NCBI GenBank assembly: GCA_000708835.1
Contig: DF237091.1
Coordinates: 62,001 to 126,000 of the forward strand
Reading direction: 5' to 3'
DNA: 64,000 nt
Source: Klebsormidium nitens
Lineage: Eukaryota > Plantae > Klebsormidiophyceae
In this document: positions 24,144 through 36,574 of the stretch, one piece after another
How the letters are laid out: each line of letters begins with the position of its first letter
How positions within the stretch are numbered: position 1 is the stretch's first letter
The notes under the pieces: model-generated
Seen by the model: only the letters and a program-made list of their open reading frames with translations
Database searches by the model: none
What the model was told of the DNA's origin: nothing
Made by a program: the position numbers and the translations under genes

Positions 24144-26384
24144 ATGGCTGACGCGCCAGCAGGCGACCGCGGGGGCTTCGGCCGGGGCTTCGGCGACCGG
24201 GGTCGCGGTGACAGAGGCCGTGGCGACAGGGGCCGCGGCGATAGGGGCCGTGGCAGGAGGGGGCCCAAGAGAGAGGAGGAGGAGAAGTGGGTGCCTGTGA
24301 CCAAGCTCGGGAGGCTGGTGAAGGAGGGAAAGATCAAGTCCCTGGAGCAGATTTACCTCTTCTCTCTCCCCGTTAAAGAGCACCAGATTGTGGAGTTCTT
24401 CCTGGGCCCTGCGCTCAAGGACGAGGTCATGAAGATCATGCCTGTGCAGAAGCAGACCCGCGCCGGGCAGCGCACGCGCTTCAAGGCCTTTGTGGTCGTT
24501 GGCGACAGCAACGGGCACGTCGGGCTTGGTGTTAAGTGCTCCAAGGAAGTTGCTACTGCCATCCGGGGCGCTATCATCCTGGCTAAGATCTCGGTCATTC
24601 CTGTGCGGCGGGGCTACTGGGGGAACATGCTCGGAAAGCCTCACACTGTACCCACCAAGGTGAACGGCAAGTGCGGGTCGGTAACGGTGCGGCTGGTGCC
24701 TGCGCCACGGGGGTCCGGGATTGTCGCTGCCCGTGTGCCCAAGAAGGTGCTGCAGTTTGCCGGTATCGACGATGTGTTCACATCGTCTCGGGGGTCCACC
24801 AAGACGCTCGGAAACTTCGTCAAGGTGGGTTGGACTGAAGCTGATTGCCTGTAGGTTCAGTTTGACAAATTTAAATTGCCGCGGCGCAATTGCATGGAAA
24901 GCTATGAGACCTCGGTAAAGGTTACCAGACTAGCTTCGATGGCGCATTGTTGCACCTTGTTGGTCTGGGAATTGCATTGGGGCATTGGGAATTGTTGCAG
25001 AGTGCATTCAAGGGTTTAATGGCTGGAGTGGTAAAGGTTTTCGTCGCAAGTTCAGAGCCCAATTTGGGAGCTTGATGAAGTGTCAGAGGGCTTTGAATGG
25101 AAAAATTGGCAATGATTGGTATAGAGACCATGCAACAGAGACCATGCAACCGTGGACTTTGTATGTTATAAAACATGGCAATCACTTTTGATACATTGCT
25201 GGAGCTGCGCTTCTTTCAACAGCCTGGATTCTTCTTTAAACCCTTTTTAGACGCGTTGACATTTCTCATAAGCTGTTGAAGCCTCCCTGTCGCTGACGGT
25301 ACAATGAACACTCGGAAACTCTCTACGTCAATCCAAGATGCAGTGTTCTTCGAGAGCACTGCACTTGTTGGACAGTCAGTGCGCCAGCTAGTCATTGGAG
25401 TTTTGAGCGCCAGATTGTTGCACGCCTAACAGTAGGGAAGACTGTGCTGCTTATGGTGCCCAAGTGTGTGTGGACAGGGCTCACGTACTGCAGCGGTGTT
25501 AGGTTAACTGAAAAGTCGCGAGCTTTCCTGTGAAAGTCACATACGTCTGAAAACAGTTAAAGAAGGCTCTTGCAAAAGTCTAGCATGGTCGTCCCGTTTT
25601 GCTGGTCTGCTGTGGATGGTTAGGTTCAGTCCGCAGTTGTCAGAGGCGTGCTCTCGCTGGGCCCAGCGGATGGGAAGCATGTTTTGCTGTTGTAGACTAG
25701 TTCTAGGAATCGGCTTCTCCTCCGGTGCATCTGGAGTGCCTGCGGTGGCTTTTACAACAGAAGGAGGATCTCGCAGACTGCAGATTAGCATTGTTGTCGT
25801 GTGGGACCGTTTTGAAACGTGCGTGGCAGTATTGGGAAGCGGTAACTCATACACTGTCCAGTTTGCTGCGGAGTCTTTTGAATGGAGAATTTCGTGACTG
25901 GTTCTGGGGTAGACAGACAATTAGCAAGAGAAGCTTGTCGAGGTGGTATTCCTTGAGATGTGCCGTTGAACCGGGCGAGGAATTCGCGAGCCATGTTCAG
26001 AGTCGGGGGTGGGCAAAGTTGACTATGAGCGATTATGTTCAGTCAAGACCAACCTGGTTCATGGTGTCTTTTCTGGAGGCGCGAGCCTTTCTCATCCTTC
26101 TTTTTCTATGCGTCCTGTTGCGGATGCGGACTTCTGTCTGCATACAAGCAATCGTGGATCAGACTTTCCATCAGTCATAGGGCAGTCGAGCTAACCTGAA
26201 GTCCGTCTCTTTTCTCCAGGCCACTTTCCAGGCCCTTCTCAAGACGTACTCCTACCTCACCCCCGACCTGTGGCGCGAGACCCGCTTCGTCAAGTCTCCT
26301 TACCAAGAGTTCACTGACTTCCTGGCCAAGCCCAACAAGATCGCAGTCATTGAGGACCTTGGTGTCGAGAAGAGCGCCTACTAG
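24144..26384 (+). CDS. RPS2: 40S ribosomal protein S2 (uS5), 2 coding exons, 281 aa
   Basis: Exons 24144-24824 and 26220-26384. RG-rich N-terminus, [36 protein letters not shown]|[15 protein letters not shown]. Confidence 0.98.
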
Positions 26385-27234
26385 GCGACACGCTGCTTTT
26401 TGTGAGCAACGCGCAAGGAGGACTGTCTGATCGTACTTCAATTGTATTGCATATAAGGTTGCAAGCTGCGTCGATCATCATAGAATGTTCCAGCATGTAT
26501 TTCGCACGAGTAGATGTGGCAGAAGTGCGGCGTGCTTCAAAGCATGCCGCCCTTAAGCGCATGCCGGGTTCATATCTGACCCAGAATGACTGCATCTATG
26601 CTTCATATGTGTGTAGGTTGTTCGAATCTGAATTAAGGAACATCCACGCCATATGCAGCAGCTTGCTCAGTGAGCGAAGTTGGTTAAACCTTCAAGTAGC
26701 TTGGTGTCCAGCATCCGACGTTTGTACGCGACGCCCAACGGTCATCAATTATATCGACCTGTGGTAGGCATGGGCAAACTCATGTGGGGGCACTGCGGCA
26801 AGTAAACTCTGAACATGATATATAATTGCATATGCAACCATGTGACTACCTCTTTCATTGGTCCAACATGCATGATCCTGCATGTAAGCATGGTTCAATG
26901 AACTACGGCAGCCATTGAATCGATCAGCTCGTGATCATGAAAGATTACCGGTTGCTGTTTGTTGGCATGAGGGCGGCCGGGTCGTGTTTAGGTACACATG
27001 TGCCATGCATGTGTGGCTCAGTTGGTCGAACTTACTTTGTAGAGCAGCTGTCAGGTTGGGCAGAGCCTGGTAAAGCCTTTGCATGATCCGTTCAATTCGT
27101 TGACCGTTGAACGAGCCAATCTTGAGGACTGGCTGAAGGCCCTAGGCTTGCATACCGACAGAAAATCGTAAATTCCATGACTGATAACGTCACTTCCCAT
27201 TCGAGCTACAGTAGCAGTACTTCCGCTGTGAGCA

Positions 27235-29274
27235 TTACATCCCTGGTCGTCTGATGACGACTCGACTTGGATCTGGTGGTCTGCTTTGCATTCTTCCGAT
27301 TCTTTGAGGGGGCCAGAGAATGTGCGACACCCGTCCTTCTAACAACGCTAGTGGCACCTGCAAGAGTGTTCCTGAGGCACGTCAGGTGCCAATATCCAAA
27401 GACGGCAATCGGAGCCCTTGTTTCATTGCGTCAAAAGCAGCATGACTGAACGGTGACTTCGCACCCACCATATCGTCTCAAAAAAGCTGTAGATGGGTCC
27501 TCAAACTGTGAGAGATATGGACGGCTGACCACCACTGCTAGCTCCATCGAACCGACTTTGAATCCAAAGCTTCGAAGCCAACCGTTCGGTCACGGTGTCG
27601 GATTGACCCTGAAAGCCAGTGAGCGATCTTTCTAAGAACCAGTCGCTCACTGACCAGGCACAATCTGGTTACGAAATCAGGCATAATTTACAGAAATCAA
27701 CATGCAACAGAAGTCCTTCTCCTTCCCAGCGGCTTCGCTTAGTAATACTGAAAGCAGACTTCATTGAACGGCTAGGGGTGTTTCGAACTTCGTTTCTATG
27801 ACCGACTTGCTGAGAACAGAAAGGAAAGACACTGGATGCTATTAACAGATTTGGAGCGGCCAATCTTTGACACGTGGCTTCTATATCCTATGGTATATGA
27901 GCAGACGAAAAAGTATCTGACAAGAAGGAACAGACGTGGCCGGATAAAACCAGCATATCAAGTTACAATCGTCACCATTCGAAAGAAGACCTGTCTGATT
28001 GAGTTGAAAGCAACTAAGCTCCTTTCATCAGTTCACATCAACAAAGCCTCAACGACCCAGGATAAGTTGAATCACAACATGCTTGTACTGCCTCTTAGCC
28101 TAGAGAAGCTCTCCGATCAAGTATGCTGACACGTTGACTGTCGAACTGATCAGATCATGGCCGACATGGACTTGCTAAGCCTCCTGAAACTCCCGAAAGA
28201 GATGGATATCACAGATATTTTTAGTACAAAGGACCAAGGGAACAAAGCACTCACCGCCCCATACTCCCTGGAGTCACTGCTGGCAGCAGCGTTGTCCCCT
28301 TCCACCCAGCACTTGCCGTCTGGGATGCGGGTCATGTCTTGGGTTTCAGGATTGCTGACCCAATCGCCCTGGAGGCCAATCAGCCGCTTCACCAGAAACT
28401 CGTTCGGCCGATCTGGCGCTCTGCAGAGGGAGAAGCCGTTCTTTGAGACGAAGATGAGGACCAAAGAAGTCAACAATAGACCTCTAAGAGTAACCAATGA
28501 TGTAAGCATCGACCCGTGCCCTCAAGTTGTACAAACTCAATCAGGGACCGCGATCTCCTTCATTTGAGAGGCTGTGGTTGTGTGGAAGCCTTCTTTCTAC
28601 AGCGTTTCGCTCGGTGACTGAAGTCGAGAATCCTACTCAGTGCCCAGCGATCTCTGGCTGTTCTTTCCAAGCGAGCCAGTGGTCGAGCAGGCTCAAGCAA
28701 GTCTTGGCCTCGGTGGCTTCTTCATCAAGCTCTGTTTCGTTTCTTCGTGGCGACAGAAAAACCCACGCCCAGCAAGGCTCCCTATGGGCGTTACAAGTGA
28801 CAGTAGCAGCGATGACCCTAGTGGCAGAATGGATGCCATTCCGAAGTCGAGAGCGTTTTGACCCGTTGAACTGCGTTCACCACTACCCATAAGGAAGAAG
28901 TGTGTGACAAGTAGATACCCGGATTGAATCTGACCACAAACAAAAAAAGTTCCAAAGGGAAGTCACCCCACCACCGCGCATCGGCGGCCGCAAAGTTGCT
29001 TCTACAGATTGAGCTCCTCCCAGAGAGCCTCCTCTTCCAGGACTCACCTCAACACAACGACGTCGCCCCTGCGATACTTGTACCCCCACACACTGAGCTT
29101 ATCCAACAAAATCCTGTCCTCAAAAGTTCGGTCGGGTGGGTTCAACGTTGGTTGCATAGACTCTCCGTGCACCGTGAGCCCCCCCGCAACAAGGTCATTG
29201 AATGTGATGATGATTGGCGTCACAATGGCGACCTGTTTCACGAATTGCCAGACAGAATCTAAGACTCTCGACAT
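27235..29274 (-). CDS. IMP2: mitochondrial inner membrane peptidase subunit 2-like (S26 peptidase), 3 exons, 171 aa
   Basis: Exons 29274-29048, 28420-28255, 27357-27235. Catalytic Ser in GESMQPTLNP and Lys in LVKRLIG; RRGDVVVLR, CWVEGDN..S.DSREYG, VPLALLEGRVSHILWPPQRIG. The ORF-track start at 29322 is a GTG; the first ATG is at 29274. Confidence 0.93.
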
Positions 29275-29747
29275 CTCCAAGCGCAGTGGCGCACCTTGGC
29301 GCCCTTTTTCTAGCCAGCTCACAGCAAGCAGGTGAAGCCTGCTCTGCAGTTCAGAAGGCGCGCATTTGCAGCTCGGTCGTTTGGCAAGAGCAAACCCTAA
29401 ATCCTAATGCACTGTTCCTTTTACCTATGGGTTTAATGTCTAGGTTATGAACACAAACCGATGAGGAACTTGGGATCTAATATATGAGCCGTACGATCTC
29501 ACAGCGAGAGTCATCCAAAGGCCCTTTAAATCAGGTTTCAAAAGACAATGTGGTTAAACAAGAGCAGCTCAGCCGTGCAATGCAGGCCAACATGTCATTG
29601 TTACGTACCTACCCACCACACAAAAGCAGACCTTTCTGCTTTTCTGCTTTTCTGCCCACATTTTGCCTTTCTCTTATCAAAAGCGCTTCAAGTTCAAGCA
29701 TAATCTAGAGGAGTCTCTGCTTCGGTCTTTAGGCGCAGGCGTTGGTG
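29275..29747. promoter_or_regulatory. probable bidirectional promoter between IMP2 and PGLP1, with a telo-box (AAACCCTAA at 29392-29400)
   Basis: Head-to-head ATGs 473 bp apart; exact plant telo-box sequence present. Confidence 0.5.
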
Positions 29748-32700
29748 ATGCAGAGCGTTGCGAAGTCAGGTGCGCTGCGCACTGGGGCAGGCGCCCTGCT
29801 TCAAGGGGCGGAGCGCTCCGACTCTTTGGCCAAGTCCACTGGGAGGCCCTTCGCTTTCCTGCGGAGTTCGTCTTATTTGCGCCAGGGTAAGTGTGCATGC
29901 TACTCGGTCCAGCTCAACACTGTTATAGATCTGCATGAGGGCTCTGTGCAACAAGCTTTCAACCTGTCAGCAGCTGCATTACAAAACATGAGTACACAAC
30001 ATTTCCCCTTCAATTCATTAGACGAAGTCCCGCCCTCTGAGATGCGAATGCCAGACAAGGAGCTTGAGACGTCGTGCTGCATTCTACTAAAACCCTTTCT
30101 AAGCTTTCAATAGACTCAATAGCTGCTTATCATCAACGTCCTCTTCAAGTCATCTAATGGCATTTAGTGAAGAAATTTGGCCAGAGAAACTCATCATCAT
30201 AACGAATGCTACACTTGTCAGCTGTTGGGAGCAAGCTTGACAACTTAGAACCATGAACTATCATGTCTAGGAAAGGACAGGAGTTAAAAACCGCACAAGG
30301 GATTCTGAGGTTCTCAGAATTGTTTGCCAGCCATCCCTGAAAAAAGGTAATCTGAGTAGCTGCTGTCTACATAGAGCAGTGCACTTTTTGCCTGCAGGTC
30401 AAGGGGGTGCTGCACAACTGCATAGGGAAGTGGCACCGCTGAAGAGCCAGCCTAGACAGGCATCTCGCGGTGCGGCTACCGCAATGGCGGCCGCCGTCTC
30501 TGCACCGGAAGGTGAGGCGGAGCTACTTTAGAGATTCCTAACGAGGAATATCCCATACAACCGTGTCTGCATAGAAAAGTTCCTGATAGACATGTTTTCT
30601 TTTAGAAAGAGGTATTTTATCAAAAAGAACCATCGAACAAAAGAGAAAAGATGTCTTTTCTGTATTTTAGGCTGATTGCAAAGTGCACACTTCTTCGATA
30701 CATTCCCAGCTGCGTCCAACAATTAGTCTTCCTACCGGGTAACATTGATTCTTTATCTTCGACGCAGCCACCGGTGCGGCCCCTTATCTCGATGATCCAG
30801 CCAGCCTCATTGACAGCGTAAAAACCTTCATCTTTGACTGCGACGGTAAGCCCAATACTTCGGCCATCGCGGCTCTCTTTGACCTGCATTTAGTGAGCTT
30901 GAGGGAAACTCTGTCTCATCTGCTCTCCTCCTGATGTGGAGTAGTAAGATGCACAAGCTTGCTTAATAAAGGAAGTCAGAAGTGCGCTTTTCTGATCAGC
31001 AGAGGAGGTATGTCTATTCTGGTTAAGTAGAGGAGTCATGCATGTCTCCTATGGCACAGTTTAAGATGCTCAAATCATGTATGAGCTGAATGACTTTTAA
31101 TCATGTATAAGCTGAATGGCCTGTCTGTCTCAGCAAGATTTCGTCCGTTTCAGCAAGAACTCTCCCAAAAGCCCTGCTCACTTTGCCTGAAAGGTATCCA
31201 GACTCCTGATATCAACTGCCTGTAAAGTGTGCTGAGACTTTTGCCGGAGCTGATGGAGAGTCCTAGATTAAAAAAGTCCCGCCAGTCAGAAAGGGTGTCT
31301 TGCTAATCATGATGCGCTCGGGCCTTCCTTGGGCCAGGCGGGGCTGATCAGCAAGATGCTATCATGTAGTGACGTACTGAAACTACGTACTTGTCACCAG
31401 GGGTCATCTGGAAGGGCGAGTCATTGATTGACGGAGTACCTGAGACGCTGGACAAGCTAAGGGCTGCAGTGAGTGTACCTCCCCGAGTTCCTTACTTGAC
31501 CGCTCCCACGTAGCTGATAACATTCGAAGATGCCTGATGCTGTGGGTGAAAAGTAGTGAGCAGAACGGCTGCGCCGCGGCGGCCAGCAGGAGCAGTTTGC
31601 AAGGCGTAGTGAGGAGAGGTCTGGAGGCAGATACTTCGAATGGACCAGCTTTAAAAGCAGTTTGCAACGCCCAAACCCATCGAGATGTGGACTATCCAAT
31701 TGCAAGGCCTTTCAAAGCAGCAAAGCTAGTCGTAATAGTCTCTCCATTCGAAGTCAAAGGGTGGCATACCTAAGTCGAGTGGGTGGAGAATGCTGAGAAT
31801 CCAACAATTTGTTGTGGTTGCAAGGCTATCCTTGCCTAAGCTTCAACTCAAATGCTGTTTTTTCTCGTCGAACACATTGAGCCCCAATATTTATTTCTGG
31901 GTAAGCTGCTGAAATTCCTAAGTTGTGCTTGATAAGTCGCCTTTCGAAGGTCCATACACTTTGATCCTAAATGGACCTATCAAGGTCCACTCTGCATGTC
32001 GAGCGGTCTGCAGTTCAATATCAAGCACGTTTCGAGCTCTTGCAAACTCTGTCTCCAATCGGTTGGTTCTTTTACGGCAACGCGCTGGGGGTCACTTCGT
32101 CAGCTGCCCAAATTTTGCGCGTAAAAGTTTGATGACGCAGGACCTACGAGTACCACAGTACGAAGCTCTGAGGCTAGCTTCTCGACTGATACTGCGTAAG
32201 ATGGATAGTATCGAGGATTTGGGAACCGTCCCATCTCACTGACTACTGCGGCCTTATTGCTCGGTGTGCAGGGCAAGAAGCTGATCTTCGTCACCAACAA
32301 CTCAACCAAAAGCAGGAAACAGTACATGAAAAAGTTCACCGACCTGGGGCTCAGCGTCACGGAGGTAAAGCAGCGTACGCTCGTTTCTCGAACCTTTCCA
32401 ACAAGGCCTGAGAGTCTGAATCAAAGCTGTGGCAGCTGGCAAGGAGGGGCCTAACGCTAAAAGAACGATGAGAAAAGGAGTAATAGCTGGGTCCGAGTCA
32501 GTTTATCTCATGATCTGCAGAATGATCACGGTGGGCCACGGCCGTGGGAAATTGCTGTTGCAGATTATGCAGCCATACGTCGAATTGCTGTTGAAATATT
32601 GATATCCTAAAGAGGGGAAGCCGCCGTTGAAAGGGCTGCTCACAGGCGGGTGCTCTTTACTGGGACCTCAACTAGGACTTACAGCTTTTGAACTGAAGCC

Positions 32701-35695
32701 CCAAAGGGTCTTCAAAGAGAGCTTCGGAGCCCGCCCTTCTAGGTCGCCTCAAAAAAGTGCCTGCCGCACTCGAAGGAAGGCTCTTGTCAGTCTAAGCACG
32801 TGGCTGAACATCAATCTGCTCCCCCCTCCCAGGAAGAGATCTTTGCATCGTCTTTCGCTGCTGCCGCTTACTTGAAGGGCATCGGGTTCAACAAGAAGGC
32901 GTATATTATTGGCGAAGTGGGCATCCAGAAGGAGATGGACATTGCGGGCATCTCCCATCTGGGTGGGCCGGTGAGTTACTGACGCAGCTTCGTTCAACCT
33001 CGTCGCCGTTGACTATGAGCACGTTCCAGGCAGTCACATGCACTCCAAGAGAAGCAACCGAGTGACTTACCTATTCCGCGATCTGAATGGGTCGTTACTA
33101 AAGAATTGAACCGTCAACTACGGTTGTAGGGGAGAGGAAAGCCCGCCGAAGCCACATCAAATGAGTCTCGCGAGAAGTGGCATTTAGCAGCGGGATCAAA
33201 ACTGGGTCTTGCACAGAGTAGCGGTTGGAGAATTGAGGGGCCCTGATGTCGAGCACACCGAAGCTAGGGTTTCTCGCTTAAGTGCTACGTTGAGAGCGGA
33301 TACCCTTTCTTGGAAGTTTGCGACCCAGAAAAGCTTTCAACTTGAACTCTCCCCTCGGATGAGGGCAGCGGTCGGACCGTGTGATGTTGTCATGAGTGAA
33401 TACATCAAGACACATCCGACTGTACACAGAGGCTTTAGGATTCAAACCTATGGATCCCCACAACCGGTCGCTCCGATAAGGATGAAACACAATCCCGACT
33501 TTGGTCTCGAGTCCCTTACGTTCTCAACTCTTAACACGTCACCCGGGCGCTTCTGCTGACGTCGGACTTCCTTAGCTCAGGAGGACGGCCAAAGCACAAT
33601 CACGATATGGGTCCTAAAACCCTAACATTGTGAAACCTACGGCCCTACACTCTCCTTTTCCTCGGTAATTTTGCTGAACGCCATACTTTTTCTGCGCAGG
33701 AGGACGGCCAAAAGACGATCGACCTGTCCCCCGGAGTAATGATGGAGCACGATCATGACGTGGGCGCCGTCGTGGTCGGCTTCGACCGTTACCTCAACTA
33801 CTACAAGCTGCAGTATGCCACGCTCTGCCTGCGCGAGAACCCGGGCTGCCTGTTCATCGCCACCAACTGCGATGCGGTCACTCACCTTACGGATGCGCAG
33901 GAGTGGGCCGGTGAGCGGGGGCCTTGCCGTTAACCGCCCTTGTTGTTTGTCGAAGTGGCCAGCCCGTTGAATTTTTGGCTTCGGTCTTGGAGCAATATCA
34001 CACCACACCTTGTGCGAACATTCGAGCTGGCTGTTCGTTGCTACCAACTGCAATGCGGTTACCCACCTCACGGATGGGCCGGTGAACAAGGGAGTCGCCA
34101 TTATCCGCTCGCTTACTTATCCGGGTCTCTCGATCCGGCCAGTTCGTTGAACAGGAGATTTGAAGCTTTTATACATCGCATCTTGTTCGTGTGTTTCGGC
34201 TGCTTCACCAACTGCGACGCAGAGACGCATCCAACCGATACGCAGGCAAGGACCGGTGACTATTGACACGAAATTGTGCCTGAGGGCTTCTTTGCCCTGG
34301 CCTCTCAGTAGACTTTGCGGTGTCTGGTGTTAGTCGCTGTTCTTATTCGAAGGGGAAAGCCCGGGCTACCTCTCCGGTGCTCCTGGTTTTACCCTCGTGG
34401 CAATGGAGGATGCGCAAGAGTGGGTCGCAATCACGACAGTATTGGCAGCCGCTTACGGAAAGTTTGAACTTTGAAAGAGTGATTTGAAAGCGACACTGTC
34501 TGCATGTTCCCATACGCAAGGCAACAAGATGGGACCCTGGCAAAAGGACACCCTACTCAAACTCCGATTCACGGCGAGTCTAGGCGCCACGCCATGCAAC
34601 CAAGAGCTGGCATTTTAGCAACAAGGGGCGTCCAAACGGTCTCTGAAAGATCAGACATTCTCTTTTGGCTGCTAGTCGAGAATTGGCTGCATTTTTTGGT
34701 TAGCAGCCACAAATTTCGGCTGCTGACCAGGCTGATTACTGGACTTGACTCTCATTGGCCAAATAGTCGGGCTTTTAACCTGGCTCCAAGGCTGGTTACC
34801 GCCCAAGTCTGGTATTAATGCTTAAGCGCTCTTTGACCAGTGCATAATCAGCCCACACCTTGGTGAAGGGTCAAGACTTTCCTGTGATCGCTTAAGCTGT
34901 CGAGCTACGTTACCGAAGATGCTCACTTTGTCTCTCGTCTTCACCATTGCAGGAGGCGGCTCGATGGTCGGGGCCATCAAGGGGTCCACTAAAAAGGAGC
35001 CATTTGTCGCTGGGAAGCCATCCACGTTCATGATGGACTGGATTGCCAAGAGGTGAGCCGGCCTTAAGACTTCTTCGAGCAGGATTTCATCTGTTTGAAT
35101 TCGGCGTTTACTGCTTAAGCAGTAGTTTACTAACGAGCAGAGAATCACTAAATTACGTCGAGGGAAGTTTTGTCGGCCGCGTTCAGACGTCTGACTTACT
35201 ATTAGAGATGACTTTGTCAGATGTTGTTTGGACAAGAAGTAAGCATTGTTCCTTTCAAGTGATTACGAGAAGGTTTCAGATGTTAGTTCAGCTTCCTGTT
35301 CAAATTCTCCTTTGGTTTTGACCGACTGCCCATTGGATCATGGAAGAATGGTCGAAGATGGACCCCAATCGAGGTTAACTCCGATTCTGCCGAGTCTTAA
35401 GAGAAATGAAGCTTTTGAGGACCAGGGAAAGGCGCAGTATGATGGATCAAAGAACCTGTTCTCCTCTTCCCGCAGCTATGGCATCGACAAGTCCGAGATC
35501 TGCATGGTGGGCGACCGTTTGGACACGGACATTCTTTTCGGACAGAACGGCGGCTGCCGGACGCTGCTGGTCCTGTCCGGGGTCACAAACCTCAAGACCC
35601 TGCAAAGCCCCGACAACCACATACAGCCCGACTTTTACGCCAACCAGATTAGTGATCTGCTTGGCGCCAAGGCGCCTGCTGGCGTGGCTGCCTAA
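29748..35695 (+). CDS. PGLP1: phosphoglycolate phosphatase (HAD IIA) with probable plastid transit peptide, 9 exons, 386 aa
   Basis: Exons 29748-29886, 30398-30511, 30768-30845, 31401-31468, 32272-32364, 32833-32970, 33700-33910, 34953-35052, 35476-35695, all phase-consistent. HAD motifs FIFDCDGVIWKG, FVTNNSTKSRKQY, VVVGFDRY, FIATNCDA, GKPS, CMVGDRLDTDILFG. The N-terminal extension is Ala/Ser/Arg-rich. Confidence 0.96.
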
Positions 35696-36574
35696 GCGCG
35701 TTTTGCTTGTGGCCTTCTGAATTACGGGGGAAGGGGACCCATGGTGTTGCCAATCGTTGAAATTGGGCTGTAAGCCCTGAGGTATTGTATCAGCATTGTG
35801 CTTTGCCGCTAGCATCTGGCTATGCTATCACCGTCCAGGTGTTTAGGTCTACTGCGCGTAGAAATGGCAGTCTGCACCGCGAGATTGACGTCTTTGGACC
35901 AGAACCTCAACTTGTCAAGTTTACTTTGGTACTGTATATCATTCTTCATTTGTCAAGGAATCTGATGCCCGCAAGTTCATGCCCAACGTATTGCACTTTC
36001 AAGCGGTTTCTTTTTGTCAAAAGACTCTGCCTCTTTACATTTCCGAGGGTCAGACGCTTTCGAGTATGTTGGACATGACAAGGAATTGATCGGGTTACAT
36101 AAGAACAACCTACATTTGTGAATGACATGCGGAGTTATGCAATTGCTGAACCGTGCATTTGGCAGCCGGAATGCCGGATATCATACAGTCGAGTCACTGG
36201 CATGCACCTAGTTACACCTGCCGCGGTCATCCACGTTGTATAGGTCACTAAAAGTATGAGGAGCATGAATGATGAGCAAGAATCTGTGATGTGATAGGAA
36301 GTATCCATGAGCAAGCTTTGAATATAAGTTTTCTTACATGCGTTAAAATATGCCGCCGCTTGCAGGCCCCATGCGCTACTCGAATCTCTCGCACCATGAG
36401 CCGCGCACACCTGGTAGGAATGTTGCATTGAACGGCAGCATTGAGTAGTGCATGGCAGGCGTGAATAATATTATTCTTAGTTACGGTATACTGTACGTCG
36501 GTATGTGCGGTTCGGTATACTTGCAGGGCTTGCATTCGCAAACAGGACTTAACCTATAAGGTCCAAAACCCTCG

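Noticed and set aside
24168-24260. GDRGR repeats at the RPS2 N-terminus
   Set aside because: Ordinary RG-rich tail of eukaryotic uS5.
23958-24644. 228-aa antisense ORF
   Set aside because: Shadow of the GC-rich RPS2 exon.
33612-33626. CCTAAAACCCTAA telomere-like motif (also AAAACCCTAG at ~19363 and ~40964)
   Set aside because: Under two units; not an interstitial telomere array.
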